DNA of 64,000 nt from Octopus sinensis (GCF_006345805.1 NC_043006.1:38688001-38752000), one strand, 5' to 3'. Shown: positions 1 to 15,048, numbered from the stretch's first letter. Made by a program: numbers and translations. The notes: a model not told the origin generated them from the letters alone.

Positions 1-296
1 GATGATGATGATGATGATATATATACCTATATATATATAGGTTCACAAATGGAGATGATGGTATAACATTTATTCCATCATTAACAATTGCAATGAGGAA
101 ATAAATGTAACACTATCATCTCCATTCTTTGACTTACTGTAATATACTCCATGACTAATAAATATGCCTAGAATTTCAGTTTGTTTGGACAATTTCCTTT
201 AAAAAAAAACTGTCAACATTTATACCTGCTAACACAGCAGGTATTTGCAGAAGTGCTGAGGATACACCTGGTTTTCTAAATCTTTTTTAATCCTAT

Positions 297-346
<50 letters not shown>

Positions 347-1193
347 CCTACAGATATCAAGTGATTAAATAAATATATTCATTTCTCATACTTCATGACT
401 TTTAATGGCCTATATATTCCCCGGGAAATAATTTCATCGATTGGATCTCTTGAATATCAGCTGCATGGAACCCTGCATTATACTTCTCCATATTGGATTA
501 CTGTGTGATATGATAGCTGAGTCCAGCAGAGAAGCTTTCTGTGATTGTTACAAGATTCTATGAATTCATATCGATCCTTCGCGATTTGAGCAATTTAACA
601 ATAAGTATTCAATTGTATTGAATGTAGGGTTTCATAAGAAAATAGAAGTGGTGGCATTCATGACTTTTTGCAGTCATTAGCAGAAGGAATGGGAAGATTT
701 CTGCCATTAAAAAAGAAACAAATTGCCATTCATTATGGACGCGTTTCACTAGACGATTAATTCCCATCTGACACCAGATTCATTTTGTGGGTGTATATTT
801 TATACATGTGTAGATGGGTATTATGATGTATGCATGTAGATAAATGTATTGGGATACAGAAGTAGATATATGTGTATGTGTGAGTGTGTATGTATATCCA
901 GCTATCTATTTATTTATGTATTTATCTACCTATATCTATATCTATGCATATATATGTATACATATAAACACACACATATATATCCACATATATATATGTA
1001 TACATACATACATAAATAAGTATATATATAAATATATGTACATACACATGCATCCACAAATGCACACACACACACACATATATATAAGTACAGGTACACG
1101 CTCATATATATTTATATATATATATAAATATATGTACACACACATACATACACAAATGCACACACATATATATATAAGTACAAGCACACACTC

Positions 1194-1247
<54 letters not shown>

Positions 1248-1679
1248 GAGAATCCATGTGCAGAGCACTTAAAACAATTTCCAGTATTTTCTGTGGTAAT
1301 TGCTAAGTAGAACAATATGGAAATATGTTGGAACCAAAATCATGTTCCATAGTTTTCTGTTCTTTCTTTTTCTTTATTTCGAGGAGGTTTTAATCTTTTG
1401 ATAATATTGTACCACAGCGCCAGTATTTTCATTGTGTTATGCAGCAGACACTATTATCAACATCCATCAACCACTACCGACACCACCCCTACCGTCGTCT
1501 TTGCCACCCACCCCCATCCCATCGCAGCAAACTGAATTCTCTCTGCAGTAGGGGACACAGTTCTTCACCTGTGCTACTATATATGTTTATCTAGGTTTGT
1601 CAGTCTACTTCACTCTCTCTCTCAAAACTTTATTTCATTCTTTCGCTCCCTCTTTCCCCACCTCACTAGCTCTCTCTCT

Positions 1680-1798
<119 letters not shown>

Positions 1799-2108
1799 TA
1801 TATACACATATATGTATATGTATATATATAACTTGGAAGTAGGAAGATTGATATATATATATACACACACACATATATAATATATATATATATACATACA
1901 CACATATACAAATACGTGTGTGCATATATGCATATACTTTATATCAAGTTGCAGAAATTATGTGTGTGTATGAGTGTGTGTGTGTACGTGTGTATATACT
2001 TATATAAATATATGAGAAAGACATATGTCAGTTTGTCTGTCTGTCTCTTCTGTCTCTCTCTCCACACACACACACACACCCACACGCACGCACACACACA
2101 CACACACA

Positions 2109-2150
<42 letters not shown>

Positions 2151-3106
2151 CAATCTACTTAGTTATACAAGAGTATTCAACAGTAAAAACTGGCTATGTA
2201 CTGCACAATGATTGCTATAACGACAATAGAATTAGAGATCATACAATGCATTAGAAATCATTACGACTAGTGTATAGAGCTGTCTGTATCAGTGTGTGTG
2301 GGCTTTATCTGCATCTGTACGATTGTGCCTAGCAAGAGATGATCAACCAGATCTTGATCCACTGGTGTTTTATTTCATCTACAACCATTCTGCAGAGAAA
2401 GGCTTAAGAAGGTTGCTGTCATTTCTTACAGGTCAGTGGTCACCAAGACTCTGAATGGCCAATAGTGATAATAATCCTTTCTACTATAGGCACAAGGCCT
2501 GTAATTTTGAGGGATTAAATTAACCCCAGTGTTAGTTAGAATTCTTCAACCTGAAGAAAATTCTAACTGGGTCCCAGCTGCAAGATTATGTGCTATTTAT
2601 TTTGATATGAGATCACCATGTCACGCACATGTGGTTGTGATACATGTGCCTGGTGCTTTAGCGATCCTGAAAGGATAAAAGGCAAGATTGAACTTGGCAG
2701 GATTTGAACTCAGAATGCTAAGATGGAAAGAAAGGATGCTAAGCATTTTGTCTAGTGTACTAACAATTCTGCCAGCTTGCCTCCTTAATGATAATAATGA
2801 TAATACCTCTGCATCACTTTGATGGCGTGTGCTGCTCTCTCACTCAAAATGGTGCAGTCAGTGGCTCTCATTGGCTTTTGATCTTAACTGATTGGAAGTG
2901 TTATCATGTGCATTGTTTTGTCTTGGTATAAAAAATGGGCTACAGCAAATATTCTGCTCAATACCACAAATTTGCTTGTCAGTTGTTTGATCTTAACCAG
3001 TTGAGCATGTCCCTTAGTGGCTGACGATATGTACAACTCTGGTCACGAGCAGAAGTAGTGGGGGAGCATCATAACCATGTGCTGAGAGGAATTCTTGTTT
3101 GTTGTT

Positions 3107-3152
3107 AACACAATGTTTCAGCTGATATACCCTGCAGCCTTCATCAGGTATC
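3107..3152 (-). ncRNA. Type I hammerhead ribozyme motif, partly decayed
   Basis: Minus strand reads GATAC-CTGATGA-A-GGCTG-cagggtatat-CAGCT-GAAA-CA-TT-GTGTT. Core boxes are present and stems I and II pair with G-U wobbles; the helix III C-G pair is lost. Confidence 0.6.
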
Positions 3153-3195
3153 TTGGGGAAATTTCGAACCTGGGTATTTTTGATGTTATTATTAC

Positions 3196-3293
<98 letters not shown>

Positions 3294-3300
3294 TTAGTAT

Positions 3301-4593
3301 CATTTTAAAATAAAATATGGTCTGTTGTCTTCTGCTGAACCGGGGTAATCCCTTGACCTTAGTGTCACAATAGGTCCTCATCTCATGGAGAGTACATGGC
3401 GTTAAATGTGTGCAGAACCTAACAACACTATTTTCTCAAGTTCTCCCACGTTAACACTGCTAGGAAGTGTGTTTAACTGCTTATCAAGGCTCTTTTTAAT
3501 TAGCCCTAATGCTCCAATCACCACTGGTGCTGTGCTGCTTTTCATTCCCCACATCTTGGTCACTTCTATTTCTAGGTCTTTATACTTAAATAACTACTCA
3601 GCTTCTTTAATGGACACATTTCTCTCTGATGGTACTGTCACATCTATCATTAAGCATTTCTTATTCTTCATATCTTTGATGATTATGTCTGGCCAGTTTG
3701 CCTTGATTTCTTAATTGGTGTTGATTGGCATGTCCCAGAGAACTGTTATATCATCTTTTCTGGTCACAGTTTCAGGTTTATGCTGGTACCATCTTTCTGA
3801 AGTTGGAAGCTGGTAGTGTTTACATATCATCCAATGGATATATTGCGCTACTCTATCGTATCAATGAATATATTCGGTTTTTGCAAGCGCTTTGCATCAA
3901 TTTAAGATGTGGTCCACTGTTTCATCATGTTCATGACATTCTGCATTTCGGGTCAGTGTCATCGTTCATTTTGTTGTGGTAAGCCCTGGTTGCCAAGCTT
4001 TGATAAAACTTTCAGTTTCAGCCTTCAGTCCTGAACTCTTCATCCATACATGAGTGTCTTGTTTTTCTACGTCTGGTTTGTTCACTCTACATGGGTATCA
4101 GCCATGCATCGGTTTTTCTATCTATTCTTCTTTGCTCTTCTTCTGGGCTTGTTTTTCATCTCTTCCTTAACTCTTTTAGCAAACTGGGTTACTTTCTCAC
4201 TCGCCTTCATCTTAGGTTCCTCCGTCATTAGTTGTTTCTTAAACTGTACAAATTCTTTGTATACCAAATATAGCTTTTTTATTTATCATGCAGGTGCACA
4301 AGCTTCATTAGAAGATCTTTTGATAGCTCAAGATATGTATTTAATCCTACAGTGGTGGATTGAATACATGGTGGTTTGTAAGATAATTCTAATTGAGTTA
4401 GTCCTCTTCCTCCCATGCTTCTCAGTAGATAAATCCTGTTCATGTCCGCTTTTGGGTGGTTCATTTGAGCCATGGTCTTGGAGTCTAGCTTCTTTATTTC
4501 GCTCATTTGCCAGTTGAATATGTTGAAACTGTAAGCTAGGATTGGTACTGCAAGTGTGTTAGTGGCTTCTATTTTGTTTGCAGCATTGAGTTC

Positions 4594-4596
<3 letters not shown>
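3301..4596 (-). mobile_element. 5'-truncated, decayed R4/Dong-clade non-LTR retrotransposon (RT C-terminus, CCHC finger, restriction-like endonuclease, 3' UTR)
   Basis: Translations NKIEATNTLAVPILAYSF..HPKADMNRIYL.R..GGRGL, KCR/CHEHDETVDHILN*C and LWDMPI..*EIKANWPDIII.D....CLMIDVTVP; stops and frameshifts present; (TAA)n on both sides. Confidence 0.85.
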
Positions 4597-4632
<36 letters not shown>

Positions 4633-5883
4633 GTTATTATTCAGGTCACTGCCTGGAATTGAACTCAGAATCTTGGGAATGAAAACCCAGGTTCGAAATT
4701 TCCCCAAGACACCTGATGAATGCTGGAGCCAAAACGTGTTAACAAGCAAGATGAGGACAAATATCCGTCAAATGTAAATAATGTAAATAATTCCTCATCT
4801 CTCAAATATAGTACTGTATTATCTTTCTTTTACCCTTTATTTGTTTCAGTCATTAGACTGTGACCATGCTGGGGCACCACCTTGAAGAATTTTAGTCAAA
4901 TTGACCCCAGTACTTACTTTTTCAGGCCTCATCCTTATTCTATCAGCCGCTCTCGCTGAAACACTAAGTTACAGGGATGTAAACACACCAACACCAGTTG
5001 TGAAGAGGTGGTGGGCAAACTGAGGGACACACACACACACACACTCACACACACACATATATGCACAAAATGGGCTTCCACACAGTTTTTATGTACCAAA
5101 TTCACTCACAAGGCACTGAATGGTCTGGGGCTATAACAGAAGACATCCAAGGTGCTATGCAGTGTGACTGAACCTGAAACTGCACGGTTTCAAAGCAAGC
5201 TTCTTAACCACATTGATATGCCTACACCTATTGTTGGTGAAAGTAGCAGTGATAGTAGTGGTGGTCTTGTTAGTGGTTGTGGTGCCAATGTTATTGATAA
5301 TGGCAATGGCCAGAGGATAGGAGTAGTAGCATCAACCTGGGGTTATAGTAGAAAACATTTGCATTAAATGCTGGAATTGTGAATAATTATATACTGGCCA
5401 GACAGGAAACTCATAATTAGATTGCAGACGAGTACACTGGCAACAAATTAGTGACCCTAATGTCTGTCAGATCCCATTAAGTTATCATTTAGAAACATGC
5501 AATAGTAAAAATGTTTTTAATATTTCCATTTTGCAAACTTTATGACTCAGTAAGGTTACAAGAAGAGAAACAGTAAAGGATTTTATTGAGAAATTCAAGC
5601 TTGTTCTGAATGGACAATAATATTATGTATAACAAATTAATATCGATTTGAATTTAATTTAACTAAAAGACTGTGGTAATATTGACAATAATATTAATTT
5701 GTATTTGAATTTAATTTTGTTTAAAATCATTTTAGGTTGTATTATTGTTCGTAGTGCTGGATGTTTGTCAATGTCTGATTGTAGCTGAATTTTCTATCAA
5801 TGACTCTGATAGGTTAAAATCTATCTATGAATAATTCGCACTCCATCGGTTCTGACAACAATAGTTCCAGATGAACCACTACG

Positions 5884-5983
5884 CCAAGACATCTGATGAT
5901 GGCTGGAGGGTATATCAGACAAAATGTTGTGTTAACAACAAACAAGATGAGGACAAATATCCATCAAATGTAAATAATGTACA
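5884..5983 (+). mobile_element. Short 3' fragment of the hammerhead-bearing PLE module
   Basis: ccaagacatCTGATGAtggctggagggtatatcagacaaaatgttgtgttaacaacaaacaagatgaggac matches 48808-48904. Confidence 0.7.
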
Positions 5984-5991
5984 GGATTATG

Positions 5992-6105
5992 TATTTGAAA
6001 AAATGAATGGAAATAACTTTTCTGATAATTTTCCCACTGTAATAATATTTAATTATTAAAGTAGGAAAATTATCAGGAAAGTTATTTTATCCTTCTTTTC
6101 AAATA
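5992..6105. repeat. Imperfect fold-back hairpin with ~55-bp arms
   Basis: tatttgaaaa...aataacttttctgataattttcccact is complementary to agtaggaaaattatcaggaaagttatt...ttttcaaata. Confidence 0.75.
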
Positions 6106-6760
6106 TATATGTGTGTGCTTGTGTATGTGTGTGTAAATGTATATCTATGTGTGTGTTTTTGTGTATGTGTGTGACGACTGGTGTTGGTTTGTTTATGTCT
6201 CTGTAACTTAATAGTTTGTCAAAAAAAAAAGAGACAGATAAAATAAATACCAGGCTTCAAAAAAATATGTACTTGGGTCTATTTGTTTGACTAAACCCTT
6301 TGAGATGGATCCCCGTCATGACTGCAGATTAATGACCAAAACAATTAAAAGGATAAAAGATTAAAAGCAAAAAGAAAAAGGAAAAAGAATAAGTTAAACA
6401 AAAAATTAAATCTTTTCCATATATATATAGGTGCAGATGTGGCTGTGTGGTAAGTAGCTTGCTGTGTGGCACCTTGGGCTGACCAAAGCCTTGTGAGTGA
6501 ATTTGGCAGACGGCAACTGAAAGAAGCCTGTCGTATATATGTATATGTGTGTGTATGTTTTGTTCTCTGTGTTTGTCCCCCCAACATCACTTGACAACTG
6601 ATGCTGGCATGTTTACGTCCCCGTAACTTAGCAGTTCGGCAAAGAGACCGATATAATAAGTACTAGGCTTCCAAAGAATAAGTCCTAGGGTCGATGTGTT
6701 TGACTAAAGGTGGTGCTCCAGCATGGCCGCAGTCAACTGACTGAAAGAAATAAAAGAAAC

Positions 6761-6792
<32 letters not shown>

Positions 6793-7524
6793 TTAAGCCG
6801 TATCACACATCACATCATATGAGAGTTGTTATTGGTTCATTGTTGTGATTTTGGATGGCATCTGTGAATTAGTAAGTAGAGCAGTTACTGTGATATATAT
6901 ATTGGCTAACAGGTTAATATCCAGCAAACAATTATTCTAACCGTTTGTTGGAAATTGGATGATGACATGTGAGGTCTCGGAAAATTTGGTAAATGCCGAT
7001 GTTTTCTATGGAGTTCTTTATTTTCTTTCTCTCTTCTTCTTTTGTCTGTATGTTGAACAAAAGACATCTGACTCTGTTTCAATTAGATAAAATTTCTTGT
7101 GAATCATATCAGCAGCTTTTATTTGCCATCAAAATAGCTTCGTTAGCGGTGGGGTGGGGTGGAGTGAGGGTGGGTGGGGTAGAGATAGCTGGTTGTGAAG
7201 GTGGTGCATCAGTGTTCCGCTGCTGTTCTTTCTTCATTCATATTGTTGTTGATGTTGTTGTGGCTGCTTAACCCCCCAGGTCAATCCTAAATGACCATAC
7301 CTATAGGTGCAGGCATGGCTGGCTGTGCAGTAAGAATTTTGCTTCTTGACCACGTGGTTCTGGGCTCAGTCCTACTGCATAGTAACTTGAGTGTCTTCTG
7401 TGATATCCTTGGGGTGACAAAAGGCTTGTGAGTGGATTTGGTAGATGGAAACTGGAAGAAGCACATCATGTGTATCTATCTATCTGTCTGTCCATCTATC
7501 CATCCGTCTGTCTATATATCTATA

Positions 7525-7605
<81 letters not shown>

Positions 7606-8269
7606 GTATATTATATTTCTCTGTGTGTATGTGCATCTTTGTGTCTGCTTTTGTCCCTATCAGTGCTGGAAACCAGTGCAGGTGTGTTTATGTCTCTGTA
7701 ACTTAAATTCTCAGCAAAAGAGACCAAAAGACTAAGTACCAAGCTTAAATAAAAAAAGAAAAGAAATATTGGAATCATTTCATTCAACTAAAAATTTGTC
7801 AACGCAATGCCCCAGCATGGCAAAAATCAAATGGTCATGAGAGAAGGGGGTTCGGGCTTAAAGATTTTTAGCTTATCTTATTAATACAGGTAAGTTGATA
7901 TCTGTTTTGTTAAGATAGCATGGAAAAGTTGACATAACTAATTGATGAAATCAAATTATCATCATTATCATTGTCATCATCATCATCATCATTGTCATCT
8001 TCATCATCATCATCGTCATCAACATCAACATCATCATCATCGTTGTCGTCATCATCATCATCATCTTCATCATCAGCATCTTTTAATGTCTATGGTCCAT
8101 ACTGGCTGGCATGATGTGTCCAAGGAATGTGTGTTGCACCTCTGAGGTCAGCTGCCCTACTGACATGAGTATCCCTTTGCAAATCAATGGGAAAGAAGAT
8201 AACTACAAAATTCCACCCATGAAAGTTCCAGCTTCTATCCCCAGATTACCAATTCCCATTTATACCAAT

Positions 8270-8752
8270 GATGCATGCCAGTGGCACATTTATACTAATA
8301 ATATGTGCCGGTGGAATGCAAGAAGCACCATCTGAATGTGGCCAATGCCAGTGCCCTCTGACTGGCTCTTGTGCCGGTGACATGTAAAAATCACTAGCCG
8401 AATGTGATTGATGCCAGGGCCATCTGACTGGATCTTGTGCTGGTGACATGTAAAAAGCACCATCCAAACGTGGCCGATGCCAGTGCCCCCTGACTGGCTC
8501 CCATGACAGTGGCATGTAAAAAGCACTATCTAAATGTGGTCAATGCCAGGGCCACCTGACTAGCTCCTGTGCTGGTGGTATGTAAAAAGCACCCACTAAA
8601 CTCATGGAGTGGTTGGCATTAAGAAGGGCATCCAGCTGTAGAAACATTGCCAGATGAGATTGGAGCCTGGTGCAGCCACTGGCTTTCCAGACCTCAGTCA
8701 AACCGTCCAGCCCATGCCAGCATGGAAAACGGATGTTAAATAATGATGATGA
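8270..8752 (+). mobile_element. RTE-like LINE 3' tail / derived SINE with ~55-bp internal repeats and (GAT)n end
   Basis: Repeated gtgccggtggcatgtaaaaagcaccatc units, then gagtggttggc.ttag.aagggcatccagctgtagaaa...catggaaaacggatgttaaa(tga)n. Related copies at about 12480-12700, 28345-28730, 42540-42765, 46480-46955, 50570-50735, 54910-55130 and 61938-62412. The RTE assignment is inferred. Confidence 0.65.
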
Positions 8753-9646
8753 ATAATCGGTGAACTTAAGGTAATTTGGCAGAATCGTTAGGTTGTTGAG
8801 CAAAATGCTTCACATTCAGGGTTCAAATTCTGCTATGGTCAACTTTGCATTTTTTCCTTTCTGGATCAATAAAATAAGTACCAGTTATGTACTGGGGTCA
8901 ATGTAATTAACTTACCCCCTATCCTGAAATTGCTGGTTTTTTGCCAGAATATAAAATGACTGATTGGTGAAATTGGTTTTCTGTGTAAATACCTAACTGA
9001 GAATCTGAATAAGTTGGTGTTTGCTGTAAAAGAAATCACCCACCGAACAAGCATATTATAAAAACAATCAGTAAGTGGAACAGTAAAATTATGCAAGATT
9101 TTATCAAGTCCAAAATGGGAATTCGTTTTTTGTTATCTACATTTCAATGATGCAACTTTATATCATTGTTAGAAACCAGGTCGTTTCTTCACAGAAAGAA
9201 TTTAAATAATTAGAAAAAGAAGAAAATGGATGAATGGATACAAACATACATATGTACAAACACACCAACATATATACGTACATACATACATAAATACAGA
9301 CAGACAGGCATAGGGAAATATTACCTTGGCTGGAAGCAGGTGAAGGTTGGCAACAGGAAGTGCATCCAACCACCGAAAATTTGCTTTAACATATTCTATC
9401 TGAGCCATTCAAGCATGCAGAAATATGACTTGATAATGATGATGATGATGATTTTAAGTGATGGTTGACCAACTCTAATAATCAACCAACCATGATAAAA
9501 TACTATTACAGATCTACTAATACCAACAGAGCTACTAATAATAATACATACAGAGATGGACTTAATTATAAGACCACATCTCACTTAATTAGAACTGCTT
9601 TAAACTTTCCAGTCACTAAGACAAAACAGTATTTATGTATTGTATG

Positions 9647-9700
<54 letters not shown>

Positions 9701-10879
9701 AGATATATATAGTTAATAAATTATCTCTTCCCCTACACATATCTTATAAACTGGTACATATTCCTTTCTACTCTAGGCACAAGGCCCAAAATTTTGGGAG
9801 AGGGGGCCAGTCGATTAGATCAACCCCAGTATGCAACTGGTACTTAATTTATTGACCCTGAAAGGATGAAAGGCAAAGTCGACCTTGGTGGATTTTGAAC
9901 TCAGAATGTAAAGACAGACGAAATACCATTAAGCATTTCACCAGGCATGCTAATATTTCTGCTAGCTTGCCGCCTTTAATAATAATAATGATGATGATGA
10001 TGAAGATGATGATGATGATGATGATGATGATAATAATAATGATAATAATAATCCTTTCTACTCTAGGCACAAAGCCAGAAATTTTGGGAGAAGCGACCAT
10101 TCAATTAGACCAACTCCAGTATGCAAGTGGTATTTAATTTATCAACCCCAAAAGGATGAAAAGCAAAGTTGACCTTGGCGGAATTTGAACTCAGAACGTA
10201 ATGACAGGCGAAATACTACTAAGTGTTTTGCCCAACATGCTAACATTTCTGCTAGCTCACTGCCTTAATAAACTGGTACATATTGTATTAACCTTGGAAG
10301 AGTGAACAGCAAACTGGGCCTGGATGGGATTTAGGTTGAAAACATAAAGGGTTTAAGAAAGTACCACAAGGTATTTTTATCTGGCAAGTATTTTGGTGTA
10401 AGTGTGGCTGTGTGGGAAGAAGTTTGCTTCCCAACCCTATGGTTCTGGGTTCAGTCCCATTAAGTAGCATTTTCGGCACCTGTTTTCTATCATAACCCCA
10501 AATCTTCTATTATAACCAAAATCTTGTAAGTGGACCTGGTAAAAGGAAACTGAAAGAAGCCTGTCGCATGTATATCTATGTATATATACATATGTGTATG
10601 CGTATGTTATTTGCTTTGCCTTGACCTGATGTGATAGCTGTAAATGAGCATCATTGTTGTGTAAGTGGTGTCCTTTGTTTTCAATTTTCCATGAAAACAT
10701 ATCTGGTCATGGAGAAATACTGCCTTTCTTGAAATCAATCGAGGATTGGTGACAGGAAGAGCATCTGGCCATAGGGAATCCGTCCACCTTAACAAATTTC
10801 ATCCAGCACATGGGAACATGGAAAAATGGATGTCAAAACGATGATGACAATGATGATGATAATGATGAGCATTGATTTG

Positions 10880-11555
10880 GCCATCCTTCCATCCATTTGT
10901 CCATCTTTCCATCCATACCTCCCTCCATCCATCTGTCTATTCATCTGTCTGCCCATCCATCCATCCATCCACCCATCCAGCACTCCGTCCATCTGTTCGT
11001 CCATCCATCAATCCATCCCACTGTCCATCTGTCCATCCATCTGTTCATCCATCCATTCACCCCTCCGTCCATCGGGCCATCCATCCATCTGTCCATCCAT
11101 CCACCCATCCATCTGTCTATACATCCATCCCTCCATCTGTCTGTCTGTCCATCCATCCGTCCACCCATCCATCCTGCCATCCACCCCTGTCCATCCCTCC
11201 ATCCCCCCATCCATCCATCGATCCATCTCTCCGTCCATCCATCCATCCATCACTCCGTCCATCCATCCACCCATCCATCCATCTGTCCATCCATCCATCT
11301 CCCCATCCGTCCATCCTTCCATCCAGCCAGCCAGCCATCTATCCGTCCATCTGTCCATCCATCCATCCATCCATCCGTCTGTCCATCCATCCATCCCTCC
11401 GTTCATCCATCCATCCTTCCATCCATCCATCCATCCATCATCCATCCATCCCTCCGTTCATCCATCCATCCTTCCATCCATCCATCCTTCCATCCATCCA
11501 TCCTTCCATCCATCCATCCATCCATCCGTCCGTCCATCCTTCCACCCATCCCCAT
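10880..11555. repeat. Degenerate (CCAT)n microsatellite
   Basis: Read directly; it produces the PSIH and MDGW pseudo-ORFs. Confidence 0.95.
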
Positions 11556-12164
11556 ACAGTTTTCGTTTGTATTTTCCAATTCTTTAGCCGTTCTGTTTCT
11601 TCTTCTTCTCACTTCTGCTAAGTCAGACTTGTGAATTCTGTTATGTCTGTGTTATAATTCCATTAAGCTTCAGTTGTTATGTCTGAATAATTCTACTGAC
11701 ATTAGAAGACGTTGCGATGTGCAGCAATTTATTCCAATTTTCACGCTGGAATGGACTCCGAAACTCCCACAAGAGATTAAGTTTATCCAATAACCTAAAA
11801 GAGGTCAAGCTGTAATTAGGTGATGGTGACGCTGGTGGTGGTGGGAGTACTACCTGAAGACAGTGTGTTCACATTACTTACAATCATAAAAAAACTGACA
11901 GACTGGAGCCTCGTTCTTCCTCAAGTGACACTCGCACAAATATGAGCTTGAACTCAGCACCACAAGTTCAAGAAACATTCGACATGGCCGTGTGGTTAAG
12001 AAGCTCATTTTGCAACCATGAGGTTTCAGGTTCAGTCCCACTATGCAGCACCTTGAGCAAGTATCTTTTGCTATAGAGTACTGGGGTGACATTTTCCTTG
12101 AGAGTGAATTTGGTAGGTGGAAACTGTAAGGAAGCTAATCATGCATATATCTGTGTGTGCATGT

Positions 12165-12235
<71 letters not shown>

Positions 12236-12966
12236 TGTGTGTGTGTGTGTGTGGTCATGTGTCTTTCTGCTTGTGTTTGTCACTTGTCACTTGCTTCTCA
12301 ACTCCAGTACTCATAAATATCCTATCAGTCTCTTTTGCTGAACAGCTAAGTTATGAAGACACAAACAAACCAACACCAGTTGTCAGGCAGTAGAAGTCTC
12401 ACACACAAACGCACAGATATACCTTTTATGTGCCATTTTCATGACTCTGGGGTGTGTTTATGTGCCACCAGCACAGGTGCCAATTTGCATGACAAATTGT
12501 CACACAAATGGCACCTGTGCCAGTGGCACATAAAAGCACTCATTACACTCTTGGAGTGGTTGGTGTTAAGAAGGGCATCCAACTGTAGAAAATCATGCCA
12601 AATCAGACTGGAACCTGGTGCAGCCTTCCAGCATGCCAGCCCTGGTCAAACCATCCAACCCATGCCACTATGGACAACAGATGTTAAATGATGATGATGA
12701 TTTAAAACAGTTTTATTTGGCTCCATGTGTCTTAAAGTTTTTCAGGCCTCTAACAGGAACCTGGCTCATTCAGGCTCAGAATACTGAATGGAGAAATACA
12801 GGAAGTACAAGACGGTTACTGGAAAATGGGCTTCTGTTGGTCAGTGGCCATGCTGGGGCACCACCTTGTAGAATTTTTTGGTGAATGAATCAAACCCAAT
12901 ACTAATTTTCTGGGGTTATTTTTTTAGCCTGGATCTTATTCTATCTGTCTTTTGATGAACCTCTGA

Positions 12967-13080
12967 GTTTTGAGGACATAAACAAACCAACACCAGTTTT
13001 GAGGACATAAACAAACCAACACCAGTTTTGAGGACACAAACAAACCAACACCAGTTTTGAGGACATAAACAAACCAACAT
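12967..13080. repeat. 29-bp tandem repeat x4 expanded inside a SINE
   Basis: Unit tttgaggacataaacaaaccaacaccagt repeated head-to-tail with no spacers. Confidence 0.9.
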
Positions 13081-13866
13081 CAAGCAGTGGCAGGTACAAA
13101 TACAGACACAAACACACACACACACACACGATGTGCTTCTTGCAGTTTCCATTTACCAAATCCACTCATAAGGCTTTGGTCAAACATGGGGGCTATTCTA
13201 GAAGACACTTGACCAAGGTGTTACACCATGGGATTGAACCCAAAATCACACGGCTACAACTTTAGCTTCTTAACCACACAGCCACCACACTTTTGCCTCT
13301 ATGGATTTCATTCAAATTTCATTCAGTTTCCATTCCTTATTCGCCCATTTAACCCTAGCTAAATGCAAAAGGAAACGGGAATTTTTAATAATTTATTATT
13401 AGTCTCGTTTATTTATCATTCATTAAAAACCTTGTTTATTTAAATATTTATATTAATTTATTTATAAAGACTGTTGTTTATGGAAGAATACTTCCACTTT
13501 AAACCTTATTTATATCATTTTTATTTCTCTGTTTTATTATTTTTTTTATATTTCACTGGATGATCAACATCAGTCCTCTGTGGAATGGCTTTATGGCCAG
13601 ATCAATACCATTTGATTTTTTTTGTTGCTTTTTTTTTGTCTTTTTCCTCTCCTTCTTTTTCTCTTTCTGGCCTGGAAACTGAATCCATTGATCTGCACCT
13701 GCAATGCCTCTCAGAAACAAACGAGACAAAGCTATAACTGGTTTCCATTGTTTCTCCTCAGTCATCTATTGATTGTCAGAGTGTTTTGATTGGGGAATGT
13801 TTGGAGTTGGTTTTCCTCATAGTTGGGGCTATTTGTGTTGATGCTATTTGTGCTACAGTGGTGGTG

Positions 13867-13913
<47 letters not shown>

Positions 13914-14924
13914 GGTGGTGGTGATGGTAGTATTAGTAGCGGTGGGAGTGGCAGAGGTGGTGGTAGTAATGATGGTGGTGGTGGTGGTGGCATAGTGAGG
14001 GTGCTGGTAGTAGTAGTAGTATTAGTAGTGATGGTAGTGGCAGTGCTGGTGGTGGTAGCTGTGGTAGTGGTGGTGGCAGTGGTAGTGATGGTGGTGGAGG
14101 TGATTGTAGTAGTAGTGGTAGTGGTGGTGGTTGTGATGGTGGTAGTAGTTGTAGTAGTAGTTTTTGTTGGTCTTGAAAGTGGGGAAGAAGGCATTGTTTT
14201 TTTTTGTTGTTGTTCAGCCTGTCAATACTTCCATAGAATATCATAGATATTCCAGTATCAACAACCACCACCACCACCACCACCAGTGTCATCACCAGCC
14301 TCTCACCACCACCATTGTCACCAACCCCACTGCAAGTCCCACCAACCTCACTGCCACTAACCCCACCACCATCAATCCCACCACTACTGCCACCAACCCC
14401 ACTACCACCACCACCACCACCACCAACCCCAACCCCAACCCCACCACCACCAACCCCCACCACCACCAACCCCCACCACCACCAACCCCACCGCCACCAA
14501 CTCCACCACCACCAGCCCCAACTTCATTGGTGGAAGTCATTAAACCTGAAGAGGAATGGTCAGCTGTGCCTTGAAGCCACCATGCCACCCCTACCCTCTA
14601 CATGTTGATCTCAATTATTTCTGAGACCAGATACACCTTGCAACCACCACCACCACCACCAGCGCTAACCATTTCCATCTCTTCATATAAAACAAGATAC
14701 CTATTTCCTGCAAGTAATAGCTGTGTCCAGTTCTTCACCAAGGTAAGGTGAGACAAAATGAGACAAATTACCTGGCAACAGGCTAGTTTCTCTACATCAT
14801 CAGAGTCCAGCTGTTAACGAAGCTGAGATGAAGTGAAAGCAATTAATGGAGCAATTAATACAGAGTATTTAGTTTATATGTTTTGATACAGTTTGTTTTT
14901 ATTTCATTTTATTTTTGATTATTT

Positions 14925-15048
14925 TATTTGTACATTATTTACATTTGACATATATTTGTCCTCATCTTGTTTGTTGTGAACACATTTCGGCTGATATACC
15001 CTCCAGACTTCATCAGGTGTCTTGTGGAAATTTTGAACCTGGATTCTT
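14925..15048 (-). mobile_element. 3' fragment of the hammerhead-bearing PLE module
   Basis: Minus strand caagacacCTGATGAagtctggagggtatatcagccGAAAtgtgtt; the cleavage triplet is deleted. Confidence 0.7.

Larger units (their letters stand above)
3095..4815 (-). mobile_element. Penelope-like terminal module (tRNA-like head remnant, (TAA)n, hammerhead) with inverted 5' arm, split by an R4/Dong insertion
   Basis: 3095-3190 is the reverse complement of the module at 48764-48870; a head remnant lies at ~4640-4677; an inverted copy of the tail lies at ~4677-4815. Confidence 0.7.

Noticed and set aside
11882-11980. EGF-like exon (SSYLCECHL...VCQFFYD before GTAAGT, minus strand)
   Set aside because: Cysteine spacing is not EGF-like, there is no good acceptor, and the upstream sequence is a SINE end.
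12967-13080. CRISPR-like array (also 56000-57952)
   Set aside because: No unique spacers, eukaryotic context, and the units derive from retroposons.
14771-14810. 39-nt candidate exon LDSDDVEKLACCQ (minus strand)
   Set aside because: Phase 0-0 cannot follow the phase-2 LamG exon, and the phase-2 reading has a stop.
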